The translations under genes were made by a program, and so were the position numbers. 64,000 bases of DNA from Octopus sinensis. Its lineage: Eukaryota. Positions 1 through 12,740 of the stretch are shown piece after piece (position 1 is the first letter of the stretch; each line of letters starts with the position of its first letter). Location of the stretch: NCBI RefSeq assembly GCF_006345805.1, contig NC_042999.1, positions 138,632,001 to 138,696,000 of the forward strand. Direction: 5' to 3'. A model generated the notes under the pieces. That model saw only the letters and a list, made by a program, of their open reading frames with translations, was not told the DNA's origin and did no database searches.

Positions 1-2966
1 GAGTAGAAATTACTTCTTTTTCAGCTCTACAACAATGTCCAGCAAACTGGACTCTCCTACCCTTCACAAGAGATGACACAGGTGGTAATTTCCCATATAT
101 TTGCATTTTAGTTGGATGGCGCCTCCACGAGAGATTTTGAGCTCTCATAAGGAGGCGAGTGTAGGTTCCATCCAACCGCCTCTCAAGCTTCTTTGATAAC
201 GTCCAGGTTTCTGAGCCATATAGTAGGATTGGTTCGACTGTGGCTTTGAATATTTCAAGTTTGAAGTCTCTACTTAGATTTGATGACCAGATCTTATGCA
301 TGTCATTACAGGCTGACCAGGCCAAATCCTTTCTAGTTAGAAAGTCTTTTCCAGATGATGATATGTATGACCCAAGATATTTATAATCAGAAACCATATT
401 TAAAGGTGCACTGTTGAGAGTGTGGATGATGCAATCACTGTTGGACAGGCACTTGTTTATGTATTCAGTTTTGGTCTCATTAAGGTAAAGACCTACACAA
501 TTTGAGGCTTGTTCAAGAGATTGTAAAAGAGACTGGGCATTGGAGAGAGAATCACTGATAAGAGCGATGTCGTCAGCAAAGTCAGTGTCTGTCAAGTACT
601 CAGCTGGGTGTCTGGAACTTCTTCTGGTTTTATTTCAAAGTCCTTGCCAGAGATGGTATCAACTGACATACGTAGCACATAATCAACAACAATGATGAAA
701 AGAAATGGGGCGAGTGTGTCTCCCTGCAGTATTCCGGCCTCGATCGAGAAAGATGATGTTCTCCATCAGGGGTTAAGATGGTTGAAGACGTATCTGTGTA
801 GAGGACCTTGATGGCAGAAATAATTTTGTCTGGTATCCCATAGAGCTTAAGGATTTCAAACATCTTGCACCTATCTACAGAATCGAACGCTTTAGAAAAG
901 TCTACAAATACCATTGCAAGATCGCGATTAAATGCTTTTGATTCTTCAATAAGTCTGCGCAGGCATAGTATCTGGCTCAGCGTTGAGCGCCCATGTCTGA
1001 ATCCATTTTGGTTCTTTCGGAGCAAAGGTTCAACAAAAAGGACAAGACGATTTAGGATCAGTTTGTTGTACAGTTTTGCAGCAATTGACATTAGAGATAT
1101 GCCCCTGTAGTTGGTGACGAGGGACAAATCGCCTTTTTTGGGTATTGGAATGATTTGAGACTGGTGCCAAATCTTTGGAGCGACAAAGGTGGAAAGTGTG
1201 TGGTTGCAGAGGTTAAGCAAAAGTGTGTGAAATCTATCATCCTTCCAAATCACAGCCGGAATGTTGTCGGGACCAAATGCTTTCGAGGCTTTTAGTTGCT
1301 TGGTGGCTGCTGTTAGTTCAAATATGGTAAAAGGGGAGGTGTTGATGTCCAGCGTGTCTGATATAGGCACACTTGGGAGAGTGGGGTTATCAGGGATTTT
1401 GGCATTCTTCCCAAGGAGGTTTTTAAAATGGGTTGACCAATTTTCTAAACGCTTCTTAGCTGATCCCCCTTTAATTCTAATTGATGACCCAGAATTTTTG
1501 CCTGATAGGTCTTTGATGGATTTCCAGGCGAGATGGTGTTTTTTACTAATGTGCTCTTTCGATAGTTTACTAATTTTGCCATTGATAAATTCGACCTCGG
1601 CGTTCAAGTAAGCCTCATCAAGATTCTTCCTGGCAGCTATGAGTTGGATCTTCAGTGACTGGGATGGAGAACGGTGGTAAGCTAGTGATATAGACTTTAG
1701 ATGGTTTCTGGCTTCGATGACATTTGGGGAATTAGAAGGTTTGCTCTGGCCCCTACTCTTCCTTTTGGGAAGAGTAGCCAGTGCAACTTCCTCTGTTGAT
1801 TTGATGAGGCTGCTGTATACTTCCTCAATGTTCTCAGCATCTATTTCAGAAGTAGACAGAGATTGAAATTTGTTATAGACCTCAATAGTAAATTGTTTGG
1901 ACATATCGGGGTTAGATAAGACTTCCTCCCAGTCGATCATTTTGATCGGGTGAGGCTTAGTTTTTTTGGATGAGCGAAGACTAAGCTTAACGGTAGCTGA
2001 TACAATTCTGTGGTCAGAGCCGACAGAACTAAAGGAAGAGTAGGATCTCAAGTCCTTAACACTATTGCGCCATTTCTTTCGAAAGATGAGGTAGTCAATT
2101 TGTGCCCTATCACCAAGTGGGGACTCAAATGTCCAAAGTTGACCTTTTGGTTTCATAAAAGAATTGTTGGAGGTGTAGAGATTAAATTCCTCCAAGAAGT
2201 CTTTGAGCATTTCTCCGTTCCGATTGGTTTTAGAGTTGAAAGTAAACTTGGTCTCATCAGATCCTAGTCTAGCATTCAGATCACCAGCTATAACCAGAAA
2301 ATTATGGAGAGGTACTTGCTCAATGGTTGAACGAAGGGTTGTATAGAAATTTTCAATTTCGTCTGCCACAGACGAATTATGTGGGCTATACACACATACC
2401 AATGTTGTTTTTGGGTTTCCATCTATCTCAAGCACCATAATTCTAGGTGAGATTGACTCTATACTCAAGAGAGTATCACTAGCCTTTGATGAAAGTAGAA
2501 ATCCGATACCTCCAACTGTTGAATTAACAGTATTCTTTGATGCTGAGGAGGTTACAAGTTGATAAGAACCGACTTGATGGTATTTGAGGATGTTGTCAGG
2601 GTGGTAAAATCGGTGTTCTTGGACAGCTATTATATCAATGCCATGTGATTCTGCATTTGCACCAAGTTCTTCTAGACGGCCAAGAGAGCCGAGGGTGCGG
2701 GCATTGAGGGTGCTGAGTATCGTATGATTTTTACAGCTGATGAGGTGTTTGTTTGGTGTTGTTTGGTTGGGGGCTGACTCTTCTCCATCAGGTGATACCC
2801 GTCTGTTAAGATTGAGGGCATCACCGTCAATAGATGCCCTTGGAGGTGCAACATGATCAGAGACAGGACCCGGCACAGCAGGGGCTGGACCTACATCCGC
2901 AGGTATACCATTAGGTCTGGTTCCCTGGGGAAGAGGAACCCTGGTGCAGTTAATTGTAAATTCCAT
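1..2966 (-). pseudogene. EN-RT polyprotein ORF of the RTE LINE, with two -1 frameshifts
   Basis: Provided ORF 630..2966 leaves frame after TPDGE. Adding one base in the TT run at 759-760 gives TSSFSIEAGILQGDTLAPFLF. A second missing base near 626-627 restores KPRRSSRHPAEYLTDTDFADD. The frame is then open with no stop to position 1 (..GRRVQFAGHCCRAEKEVIST). Confidence 0.9.
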
Positions 2967-3170
2967 AGTCTTTTCAAATGGCTAATAATGTGTGCGCGCG
3001 CCACTACTACACACATTGGAAAGCATTGTACAACCAAGTACTAAAGAAGATCTTTCCTCCTCCATGAAACAAAGCTGTTCCCGCTGGACGTCAACCCAGT
3101 ACTTCTAAGCTACACACTTTAGTTGTACACTATGAACATTTGTCCAATGACCTGGAATCCAGGAATTTAT
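1..3170 (-). mobile_element. RTE-clade non-LTR retrotransposon (LINE), 5'-complete or nearly so, 3' end cut by window edge
   Basis: Single ORF. APE endonuclease motifs: LSTLNARTL, IAVQEHR, VYSPH, GDLNARLG, IDYL, SDH. RT motifs: KAFGPDNI, PIPKKGD..NYRGISL, QNGFR, FVDFSKAFDSV, LQGDTLAP, FADD (569-580), YKYLG. RTE-typical C-terminus LLYGSETW...FAGHC. 5' boundary (~3170) is approximate. Confidence 0.93.
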
Positions 3171-3218
3171 GAAAATTTTATACTTGTATATAATTACAAC
3201 AGCTTAAACATATTCTTA

Positions 3219-3445
3219 TTTCTTTATTGCTCACAAGGGGCTAAACACAGAGGGGACGAACAAGGACAGACAAAGGGATTAAGTTGATTATATCGACCCC
3301 AGTGCGTAACTGGTACTTAATTTATTGACCCTGAAAGGATGAAAGGCAAAGTTGACCTCGGCAGAATTTGAACTCAGTGTAGCGGCAGACGAAATACCGC
3401 TAAGCATTTTGCCCGGCGTGCTAACATTTCTGCCAACTCGACGCC
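3219..3445 (-). mobile_element. tRNA-derived SINE (family A), full length with 15-bp TSD
   Basis: Minus-strand head with A-box-like TGGCAGAAATG and B-box GAGTTCAAATTC. Body gtc(g/a)actttgcctttcatcc recurs many times in the window. TTAAACATATTCTTA is repeated at 3204-3218 and 3446-3460. Confidence 0.85.
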
Positions 3446-5479
3446 TTAAACATATTCTTACAATATCATGAATGATTTTATAACTTTATTTAAAATTCTG
3501 AATCCATGTGTATTCTCTGATGAAGGAAATGTGGATTATTGAAATGAAAAGGATTTTCCTACATACTTCTTTGCATATTCCTGGAAACAGCTGTAAGATT
3601 CTTTTGTATTTTGGATTATTTTGAATCGTCACCTCATCAGCTTGAGACTTTTTGATTTGTCTGTATGTCTTTATGCAATCCTCCATCTGACTTTGATTTG
3701 GGCATGGAATTACACTATAATATGTATATATATGTTTTTATGCTATATGTTCACATATCTATAATGGCTTATATATACCCTCTGTGCTCAGATATATGTT
3801 GGCTTTCATGAGAAATATTATCGACCCCGAAATTTGTCTCTAATTGATACTATGTATGTGTGTGTGTATATGTATGTATGTATACATACATATACAGACA
3901 TGTATACACACATATACACACACTTTTTCAGCATATCCAAGAATTACATCACATTACATTGCTGTTTCAATAATTTCACACTTCTACTAGTTAAGAAAAG
4001 AATATCACAGATAATTTTTTTTTTTCTCTAGCTTTACTTTGGTGCAGGTGTTTCACATTAAAAGAGCTCTTCCTAATACCAATTCTTATGATCTTAAAAC
4101 CTATATTAGATAACTAGTTTCTAGACAGAGCTAGGAGTTGCAAACTGGAGCAAATTCTGTACCTTGCAATGCTTTATTACAAATGCAAAAGGGAGACACC
4201 GACATTTGATTTCTGAGTCACATAACAACAATACTTTTAACTACAGCAGCCCTTTGCTTTGTGTGTAGCTAGCAGTGTTTGTGTACGTTTTGATTGGTTA
4301 TTGTCAATAAACAGCACAGACAGAAACATACAGACAATAGCTTTTAAAAACACAAAAAAAATAATTTTCTCCTTTTGTTAGTGCTTATAAAGTATAGAGA
4401 TGGGAGTAGTGACAAAGTATGTGCCGGAGGTGGGAGTGTGAAGGGAGTAGCTTTCGAGGGATTGGGAGATGATTTCTGGCAAACTGGGCTGACTTTCACA
4501 CGCAGCTAAATAAATAAATAAGAGAGGGTGATGATAATGAGAAATAAGATAACTATGTAGAGGGATGAACTTGTGCCAATAGGTACAAATAAGGGAGAGG
4601 AAAGAGGTTCAGAAGGTAAGGAATTACACATCAGTAAAATAGGGGAGCTCTCTTGAAAATGCATTGTGTGTAATCATTCATGTATGCGTCTGTGTGTGTG
4701 CATGCATGCATGTGTGAACTCATGCATAAAATTTTCTTTATATTGTGTGCAGGCTGTAGAGGAAAAAAAAAAAGGATGGAAAAATACGATTACTTATGAA
4801 ATTTGGTAATTGTACTAAAGAACTGAACCAATGAGAAAATTAAGGATTTGAGCAATAAATATATAACGAAAGCATGTCTCATAACATATTTGTTCTAAAC
4901 ATAAGAATGAGTGCTAAGAAGGAAAGTAAGCACGGCAAAGAGATAAAAATAACATATATATACACAAAGAACCAGACAGTAAGGGGAAGAGGAATGACAG
5001 AAGCAGAAAATGAGAAGGCAGCAAGATTAAGAAATGTTGGTATGAGAGGAGGAGAGAGAGAGAGAAAATGGAAACGGGAGGAAGGGAGTTAAATTCTTTT
5101 CTTTTGTTAAATGCCGATAATGGCATTAGAGATAGATTTCTGAATGTTTCTCAAAGAAAGGCCACAGTGAGAGGAAAGAAAGAAGAAAGAACTGTGATAG
5201 GTTCTGAATAAATATCGTTGGTTTAGTTATTCTTTGAAAATGGTGAGATTCTGTAGGAGTCGTTGCTGTTTTTAATTCCTTTTATAAAGTAAACTTCTAT
5301 TTACTTTCAATTTAAAACTGAAACTTTCAGCCAGATTCATTTTCTAAATTCTTCTACCATAAGATGTTTTTGTTTTTAATTCTACCTTTTTTGCTTGTTT
5401 TTTTTTTGTTTTTTTCCAGCCATATTCCAGTTTTCTTAAATGTCTATTTATACACTATTTACTTATTTTTGTTGCTTTT

Positions 5480-5655
5480 TAACCCTTAGTACGTCTTAAT
5501 AGAGCAGACCTATGATCAATTGCATTCCAGCCATGACAATCCCATCTTTTACTCTGTGTAAAATGCACTTCAGATCACATTATTCGATATGTTCTTTGAT
5601 AAGACAAAACGGTGTAATTTGATTGAGTGTTTGGTTGCCGTTTCTAGCAAAACAA
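5480..5655 (-). repeat. Dispersed repeat family B (ctagaaatagcagccaaatctccctcaaatcacacc core), degenerate copy
   Basis: Related blocks at about 6030-6195, 32525-32720, 36525-36630, 45255-45360, 51100-51200, 53560-53740 and 57840-57940. Class not determined. Confidence 0.5.
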
Positions 5656-6204
5656 GAAACAACAGATACACTCGCTGAAATGTTAACAGTGGATATGGTT
5701 GATGCCATTCAACTGCAATGTCTCTTTGTTCTGTTCAATTTTATTTGCTTTCCAGGCACACTTAATCACTTGTCATTGTTGAACAGAGAGTAAGAGAGGA
5801 AGGATGGAGGACAGGATGATAAATAAATAAGGAATCCTTATTTTTAAGTTCAATACAATATCGTGCTCTAAACCACATTGTTTCAACACGGTTTAAATTG
5901 CAGCTTCCATAACGAAATCATGTAAGTGTAGACGTTTAAACGCAAACACTTATATAATAAAATCAAGGAGTTTGCAACATTAAGTTGACCTTGGTGAGCA
6001 CAATTTGTACAATCACCCTCCATTCGGACATAAGAAATAACAGCCAAATCTTCCTCAAATCACAACATGTTTTGGAAAAGGAAAGGTGACATAGAATAAT
6101 AATGTCATCCTAGACACCATTTTGACAGGGTGGTCATGACAATAACATCTATAATCTTAGATCTGATCGCTTAATATTGACCTAGGCTTAAACAATATGA
6201 AACT

Positions 6205-6345
6205 TGAGTCAAATTCCGCCGAGGTCGACTTTGCCTTTCATCCTTCTGGGGTCGATAAATTAAGTACCAGTTGCGTACTGGAGTCGATCTAATCGACTGG
6301 CCCCATCCTACAAAATTTCGGGCCTTGTGCCTAGAGTAGAAAAGA
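6205..6345 (+). mobile_element. SINE family A, 5'-truncated copy
   Basis: gagtcaaattccgccgaggtcgactttgcctttcatcc...gtcgatctaatcgact matches the family A body. Confidence 0.8.
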
Positions 6346-6769
6346 ATATGAAACTTGAGTTTAAAAGGGAACCTCTACATCAGTCATGCGTTACTTTCTG
6401 AATGGTACACACATGAAAATTATATTTTAAGCATGCCTGATAATCAATCAACAATTACTCATGTAGCCTGCTTCTCAAAAGAGGTTGTTTATGCCTGGTT
6501 GCTTAACACAATAGAAACAGAAGCAAAGTCACACTTAATTACAAGTCGACCCTCTTTTTTTCTTTTCTTTTTTTTTTTCTCACAAAAAAGGACACATGAC
6601 AGACTGTAGTCCAAGATACACTGAGAGCAAGCAACAATAACATCAGACAACTACCACACGTGTCTAAACATTACAAAATAATTCCAACAATAGCCATCTG
6701 GAGAGATATAATGATACTTCTGGCAAGGCAGGCACAAAATTACTGTCTGTAGGGAAGGGTAAGGATTTA

Positions 6770-6915
6770 TAGGTGCAAGCATGGCTGTGTGGTTAAGTTT
6801 GTTTTCCAACCACATGGCCTTAGATTCAGGCCTACTGTGCAACTCCTTTGACAAGTGCTTCCCTCGGGTTGACCAATACCTTGTTAGTTGCAGGGAGACC
6901 TATTGTGTGTGTATG
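6770..6915 (+). mobile_element. tRNA-headed SINE with CORE-like segment (family C), degenerate
   Basis: ggctgtgtggttaag...ttccaaccacatgg...gacaagtgctt matches the better copies at 14325-14490 and 37385-37690. Confidence 0.6.
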
Positions 6916-7343
6916 TATCTATTTAATAACCAATATAAAATGTGGGCTATTTGATTTCTCAAGTCAAGCTTTACATGGTATAGAGAGAGGGGAGAAAAGT
7001 AAAAGAGAGATACAGAGTTAACACAACAAGTGTAGGAGGGGTGCACACACTAGGCTTGGTGGTAGGCAATGAGTAAAGGAATACTATACACATATACAGT
7101 AAGAAAGAATCATAGAGATAAAGGAGGAAGAGGGAGCAGATAACTAATAAATATTTTTGTTTTGAAAATGTGTGTTCATTTCATCATTTTGTATGTACAA
7201 GAAATTTAATAAAATTTAGAATAAATGTATGCCATATTTCTTGATATTACCTATAGTAGATAAATATACTTCCAAAGTTAGCCCATCAGATGATGAGTAA
7301 CACTCTAATATATACGTATACTACATATATATATAATATGTAC

Positions 7344-7626
7344 ATAAATTAGAAAAAACCCACTATTACATAATTCAAACAGTGATAGACATAAACCAAA
7401 TCATAAAAACATATATTATAAAACATATAACTAGATCACAAAAAGTACAAAAAATTGAATAAACAATATATAATATATACATACGTAGTCTTTTTACTTA
7501 TTATATATTGTTTTTTTTTTTTTAACTTTTTGTGATCTAGTTCTATGTTTTATAATATATTTTTTATGATTTGGTTTATGTCTATCATTGTTTGAATTAC
7601 ATAATAGTGGTTTTTCTCTAATTTAT
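7344..7626. repeat. Long fold-back inverted repeat (palindromic MITE-like), arms ~130 bp, spacer 27 nt
   Basis: 7344-7473 is the reverse complement of 7501-7626 with few substitutions and one A/T-run indel. Example: gatagacataaaccaaatcataaaaa versus tttttatgatttggtttatgtctatc. Confidence 0.9.
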
Positions 7627-7711
7627 ATATATTATATATTTATATTGTGAAATTTGATTTAATACTAAATTGAATTTTTCCCTGTAAGTTTGGAGTTATA
7701 CTCCCTAATAT

Positions 7712-7765
<54 letters not shown>

Positions 7766-9404
7766 ATATATACATATACACACACACACACACATGCATA
7801 TACATGTGAGTGTGTGCATGACAATTAGCATTTCCATGTCTCACATAAGACTTGTGTGAAGGAAAACAAAGCAGTAGACATGTTTACATTTCCAGTGAAC
7901 ATTACATCTTATAGCTTCATTATCAAAGTGGTGGAATAAAAAACTCACATGGAAAACAGAAAAGAGTTGGCAATAGGAAAAGCATCTGATTGTAAAAATA
8001 CTACCTTGGAATAAGTACCAGTCGAACTCATGCCAACATAGGAAAGCAGACATAAGATAAATAAACAAACAAGCAAGTCTTTTATTACTTTTATAAATTA
8101 AACTTCTATTTACTTTCAATTTAAAACTGAAACTTCCAGCTAGAATCAAGCAAGTCTCCTGTAGAGTAAAGTATGCAATCTGAGTAATCTGGTGAGAGTC
8201 TGTTTTGACAATTAATGCAAAAGAGAATTTGGGGAATGTTGATAAGGTTGAATTGTTGCGAGGAGAGAAAATTCTAACACAAGTAAAACACAAAACTTAT
8301 CATCTTATTAAAAACACAAGTAAAACTTATCAACATTACATAAACTTTATTTTTGGTTCTAATGTATTATATCACTAGTAGTCATTTAATTGACTTTCAT
8401 TGAGGAGTAGAGAGTAGAGGCAACCTCAAGAAGATGGTACTTGGAAAGAAGAGCCATACACAAGACAATCTACCACTTCAAAACATAATTGTCATTTCTT
8501 AAACAGTTGGCACAAGGCTACCAATATGTAACGCATAACGAAGAGTAAGAATAATAGCTTCAGTTGACTCCAAGTACTTATTTTAATGATCCCAGAGGGA
8601 TAAAAGCCAATCCTACTTGAAAAATAAAGAATGATAGTGATCTGTTTTACTACAAGGATACATATTCAATAGTTATCAATTTAATCAACTCACAATTATT
8701 TGGCTGCTATTTTACCAACTCTAAAAGGATAAAATGCAAAAATCAAGCCTAGCAAGTTTCAATTCAAAACATGAAGTAACATAGCTAAAGAGTACAAGAT
8801 ATTTCATCCCTCATTCTGTCAATCCTGACATTTCACTAATAAACATTCCTCACACTACCAAGGGACCAATTTACCTTAGTATATGTCTGGTATACACTTT
8901 ATTGATTCTGAGATTAGAATTAGGGGAGCAGGCATAACTGTAAGGTTAAAATATTCCCCTCACAACTACATGGTTCAAGTTCAATTCCAGTGCATAGCAT
9001 CTCCCATCTCAGACATACCTGCTCCCACAGCTTCAGGTAAAACAAAGTCTTGCAAAGGAAATTCAATAAATGGAATGACATGAAAGACCATAAGAGAGAC
9101 TGCTCCTGTTTTTTAATGCTTAAAACTATCACCTGGTCTCTTAGTGCCTCTTGCTGTGAGTATTCTGGTTAGATCTCCAGTCTGAGGATAACTTCCTCTC
9201 TAAAAAGTAATCTCATGATTCATATTGGATATGTATTTTTGTGTGTTTCAATCACTATAAGAAATATATGATGCTACAGCTTGGCTAGGGATGAGTAATA
9301 AATGACAGTACCAGAAACAAACCACTACATCATGTGATGAATAGAAAACAACATCTGCTCAATAAATAATATTATTTCAAGAGCAGCAAACACAAGAAAC
9401 AGCA

Positions 9405-9840
9405 TCATCATCATTGTCATTTAACATCTGCTTTCCATGCTGGCATGGGTTGGACGGTTTGACTGAGGACTGGTGAGCCAGAAAGCTGCACCAGGCTCAA
9501 TCTGATCTGGCAATGTTTCCACAGTTGGATGCCCTTCCTAATGCCAACCACTCCGAGAGTGTAGTGGGTGCTTTTACGTGACACTGGCACGAGGACCAGT
9601 CAGGCAGTTCTGGCAATGACCACACTCAAAAGGTGTTTTTATATGCTACTTGCACGGGAGCCAGTCCAGTGGCACTGGCAACGACTTCACTTGAATGTTG
9701 TTTTTCATGCATCACTTGAAATGATCACGCTCGAATGGTGCTTATGTTGTTTTTCATGCATCACCGGCACATGTGCCGGTAAGGCAATGCTGGAAATGAT
9801 CACGCTCGAATGGTGCTTTTTACATGCCGCCAGCATGGGA
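9405..9840 (-). mobile_element. 3'-end fragment of an RTE-type LINE, or a SINE sharing its tail: 3'UTR plus (GAT)n tail
   Basis: Reverse complement of ...aacccatgccagcatggaaagcagatgttaaatgacaatgatgatg, the same tail that follows RTE coding remnants at 31140-31765. Contains an internal duplication of gaaatgatcacgctcgaatggtgc. Confidence 0.75.
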
Positions 9841-12377
9841 GCCAATCCATGATATTTTTTTACCTTCTTACATTTTCCCTAAAGCATAGATTTTATCATA
9901 CTTACCAAAGCAGTAACAAGAGAATGTGTGTGTGTGTGTGTGTGTGTATACAGCTAGTTTGTCGTTTTCCCATGCTAGTTTGGGTTGAAATTTTTTGTTT
10001 CTTTTTTGCAGTTGAGTTTTTTCCTATTGCTAATCCTTATCTGCTTTTCAAGGAAGGGCATTCCTTAAAAATTCCATTTATCTTTCAAAGTGCAGACCTG
10101 GAGGACATTCTGTTGACAGAGAATGCTAACATGTCACCATTTCTTTTTTTCTTTTTCATTAATGTTTTCATGTAAGGACACAAAATGTAAACAATCACAT
10201 ACATACATATATACATGTGTGTGTGTGTGTATCAGATAAAATAGAATCTAAAGCTTCCATAGAGTTTTTGTTTATTAATTCTATATGCAAAGTGCTAGTC
10301 AGCTCAAGGCTACAGTAGAAGTCACTTGCCGAAGGTGGCACGCAGTGAAATAGAACTCAAGATAATGAGGTAACAATGTGAATTCTATCCACTCAGCCAT
10401 TTATAGACATAGAACCTGAACACAGTTAAGATTTGGGGGCAGGGAGAGTGACTGAAATGTAGTGTGGAATATAGAAAATATAGTCAAGAAAATCCACACT
10501 ATAGTTTCAATTCTTCTAAAAGTGATTATTTGCATACATGTGCGTGTGATAATCATTGTCATCATGTTAATCTGCACTTTTTCCATGCTTGCCTGAGTTG
10601 GACAGAATTTTTTGAGGCAGATTTTCAACAAGAAGAAGCCTATCACCAACCTTCACCTATTTCCAAGTAAGATAATATTTCCCCCATGGCCCAACAGGTT
10701 TTCACAGAAGATGAAAATGAAGGAGAGTTGCATGTGCATTCATTGCACATTCAAGTAACCCCAGAATCTTTGACATAAATTGCTATTCATTATGCTACAG
10801 AGTAGAAAATGATGCACTAATCCACAGCCAATATTCAGAAAAATTAGTATTTACTACAAACAAGTAACAGCAGAAACTTCAGAAACATAGACACAGTTTA
10901 ATCTTCTTCAACTACACAAAATGACAATCAATGCATGTACCATAGAAACAGTCTTCTGGTTCACTTCCCCTTGTCGTAAGCAAGACATAACAAAAGCCTT
11001 TAAAATCACAACTACTATGCTACACAGTCATTGATGATATTTCCTAGCAATTTCAGTCAAAGCATAGTAAAATCTTTCCAAAGAGTAGTTGTACTTTTCA
11101 GACCATGAAAATACCCAAGCTCCAAACATCTCTCAAAGAGGCTCAAATAAAAATTGCAATGGAAAACTCCCTCCCCGCCATAGAGAATGGTGCTGCTGTT
11201 ACACACAGAGATATTACTGACTGCACCCAAATGAAATACATCAAACAAATTAGCATAAAAACTTTTTCACCAACACACTGCAACAGTCAGAGCAATGATG
11301 TAGTTTCTTTGCCCTAATTCTTCTACCACAACTATAACAGCCTAGCCTTTTAGAGTTAGCTAGTTATTTGCCACCTCAACCCATGAACACTCATCATGCC
11401 CATTTCTCTGCCTCTCATCATCTATTCAGTTTCCTCTTCCAGGTCCTGTAATAACCACTATTTTCAATCTTTTTCTCCCAATACATCAACCTTTTGGAAT
11501 TTCCAACCTACACATGCTGTTCCAATTAGTATCAACTTACTTCTGTTTGAACTGAACATCAGCCACATCAAATAGACCAGTCTCTGTAAAAGTTATATCC
11601 TTCCAACCAAAAGCATAAAATAGAAAAAAAAAACTCTACAAATACTAGGAGAAATATAATATAACCCACAATATAATGATTAAAATGTATTGTAAAATAT
11701 TTTCTCTTCTTGATTAGAAGATAATTTCCAGTTGCTCAAGAACAGCAAAGGTGAAATATGTTAAGGGACATCAAGAGTCCTACTGCAAACAAACACAATT
11801 CAAAAGGCAATAATATGCTTTTGCCAAAATATAAAGTTTTGCCTCTAAAAGGTAAATGTTTAGAAAAATATATTGTATACCATACTGAGGTCCCCACTAA
11901 TATTATGTCAACAAGCTATATAGTACTCGTAGAGCACTCCTTCAAAGATAACATACCCTAGCACAATATAGCTCATTCCATATCACTAAAATAACATCAC
12001 ATGACTTCCAAAATACAGTGGGAAATCAGAAGAGGAAAGATAATTCAACAGTATTTCTTGGAAAAGACTAGATAAGGTTCCAGCATTTAATAATGAATTA
12101 AAATCTTGTGGTCCTAATTATTGCCACCCTACACCAATCCTCAACAACAGAAATAAATTTATTTAATACTGACAACATAATTGCACATTCTTTCTCATGA
12201 ACCTCAAAATAGACCCACTGGTGAATAAAAAAAAAATATTTAATAAAAATTATATTAAATGGCAGTACAGGAAATGGTATTGTAATTCGTCATCAAAATC
12301 AGTTGCTTGTGATTGATTGAATTAAACCATGTTTCAGCTAATATATATTCCTGTATAACACTATACTGTATTCAGTA

Positions 12378-12429
<52 letters not shown>

Positions 12430-12432
<3 letters not shown>

Positions 12433-12740
12433 TCATCATCATTTAGCATCCGCTTTCCATGCTGGCATGAGTTGGACGGTTCAACTCGAGTCTGGGAAGC
12501 CAGAAGGCTGCACCAGGCCCAGTCTGATCTGGCAATGTTTCTACAGCTGGATGCCCTTCCTAATGCCAACCACTCCATGAGTGTAGTGGGTGCTTTTTAC
12601 GTGCCACCAGTACAGGTGCCAGACGAGGCTGGCAAACGACCACGATCGGATGGTGCTTTTTACATGCCACCAGCACGGAGGCCAGGCGAGGCTGGCAATG
12701 GCCACGATCGGATGGTGCTTTTTACATGCCACTGGCACAA
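12430..12740 (-). mobile_element. RTE-type 3'UTR/(GAT)n tail element
   Basis: Same family as 9405-9840. Further short copies at about 13250-13450, 14900-15080, 30420-30650, 31860-31990, 42528-42605 and 50698-50800. Confidence 0.75.

Noticed and set aside
865-3044. Plus-strand ORFs overlapping the LINE
   Set aside because: Antisense shadows of the RTE ORF with no independent protein motifs.
3219-3445. tRNA gene
   Set aside because: A/B-box heads belong to multi-copy SINEs with TSDs and no complete cloverleaf is evident. No rRNA, CRISPR array or bona fide tRNA was found in the window.
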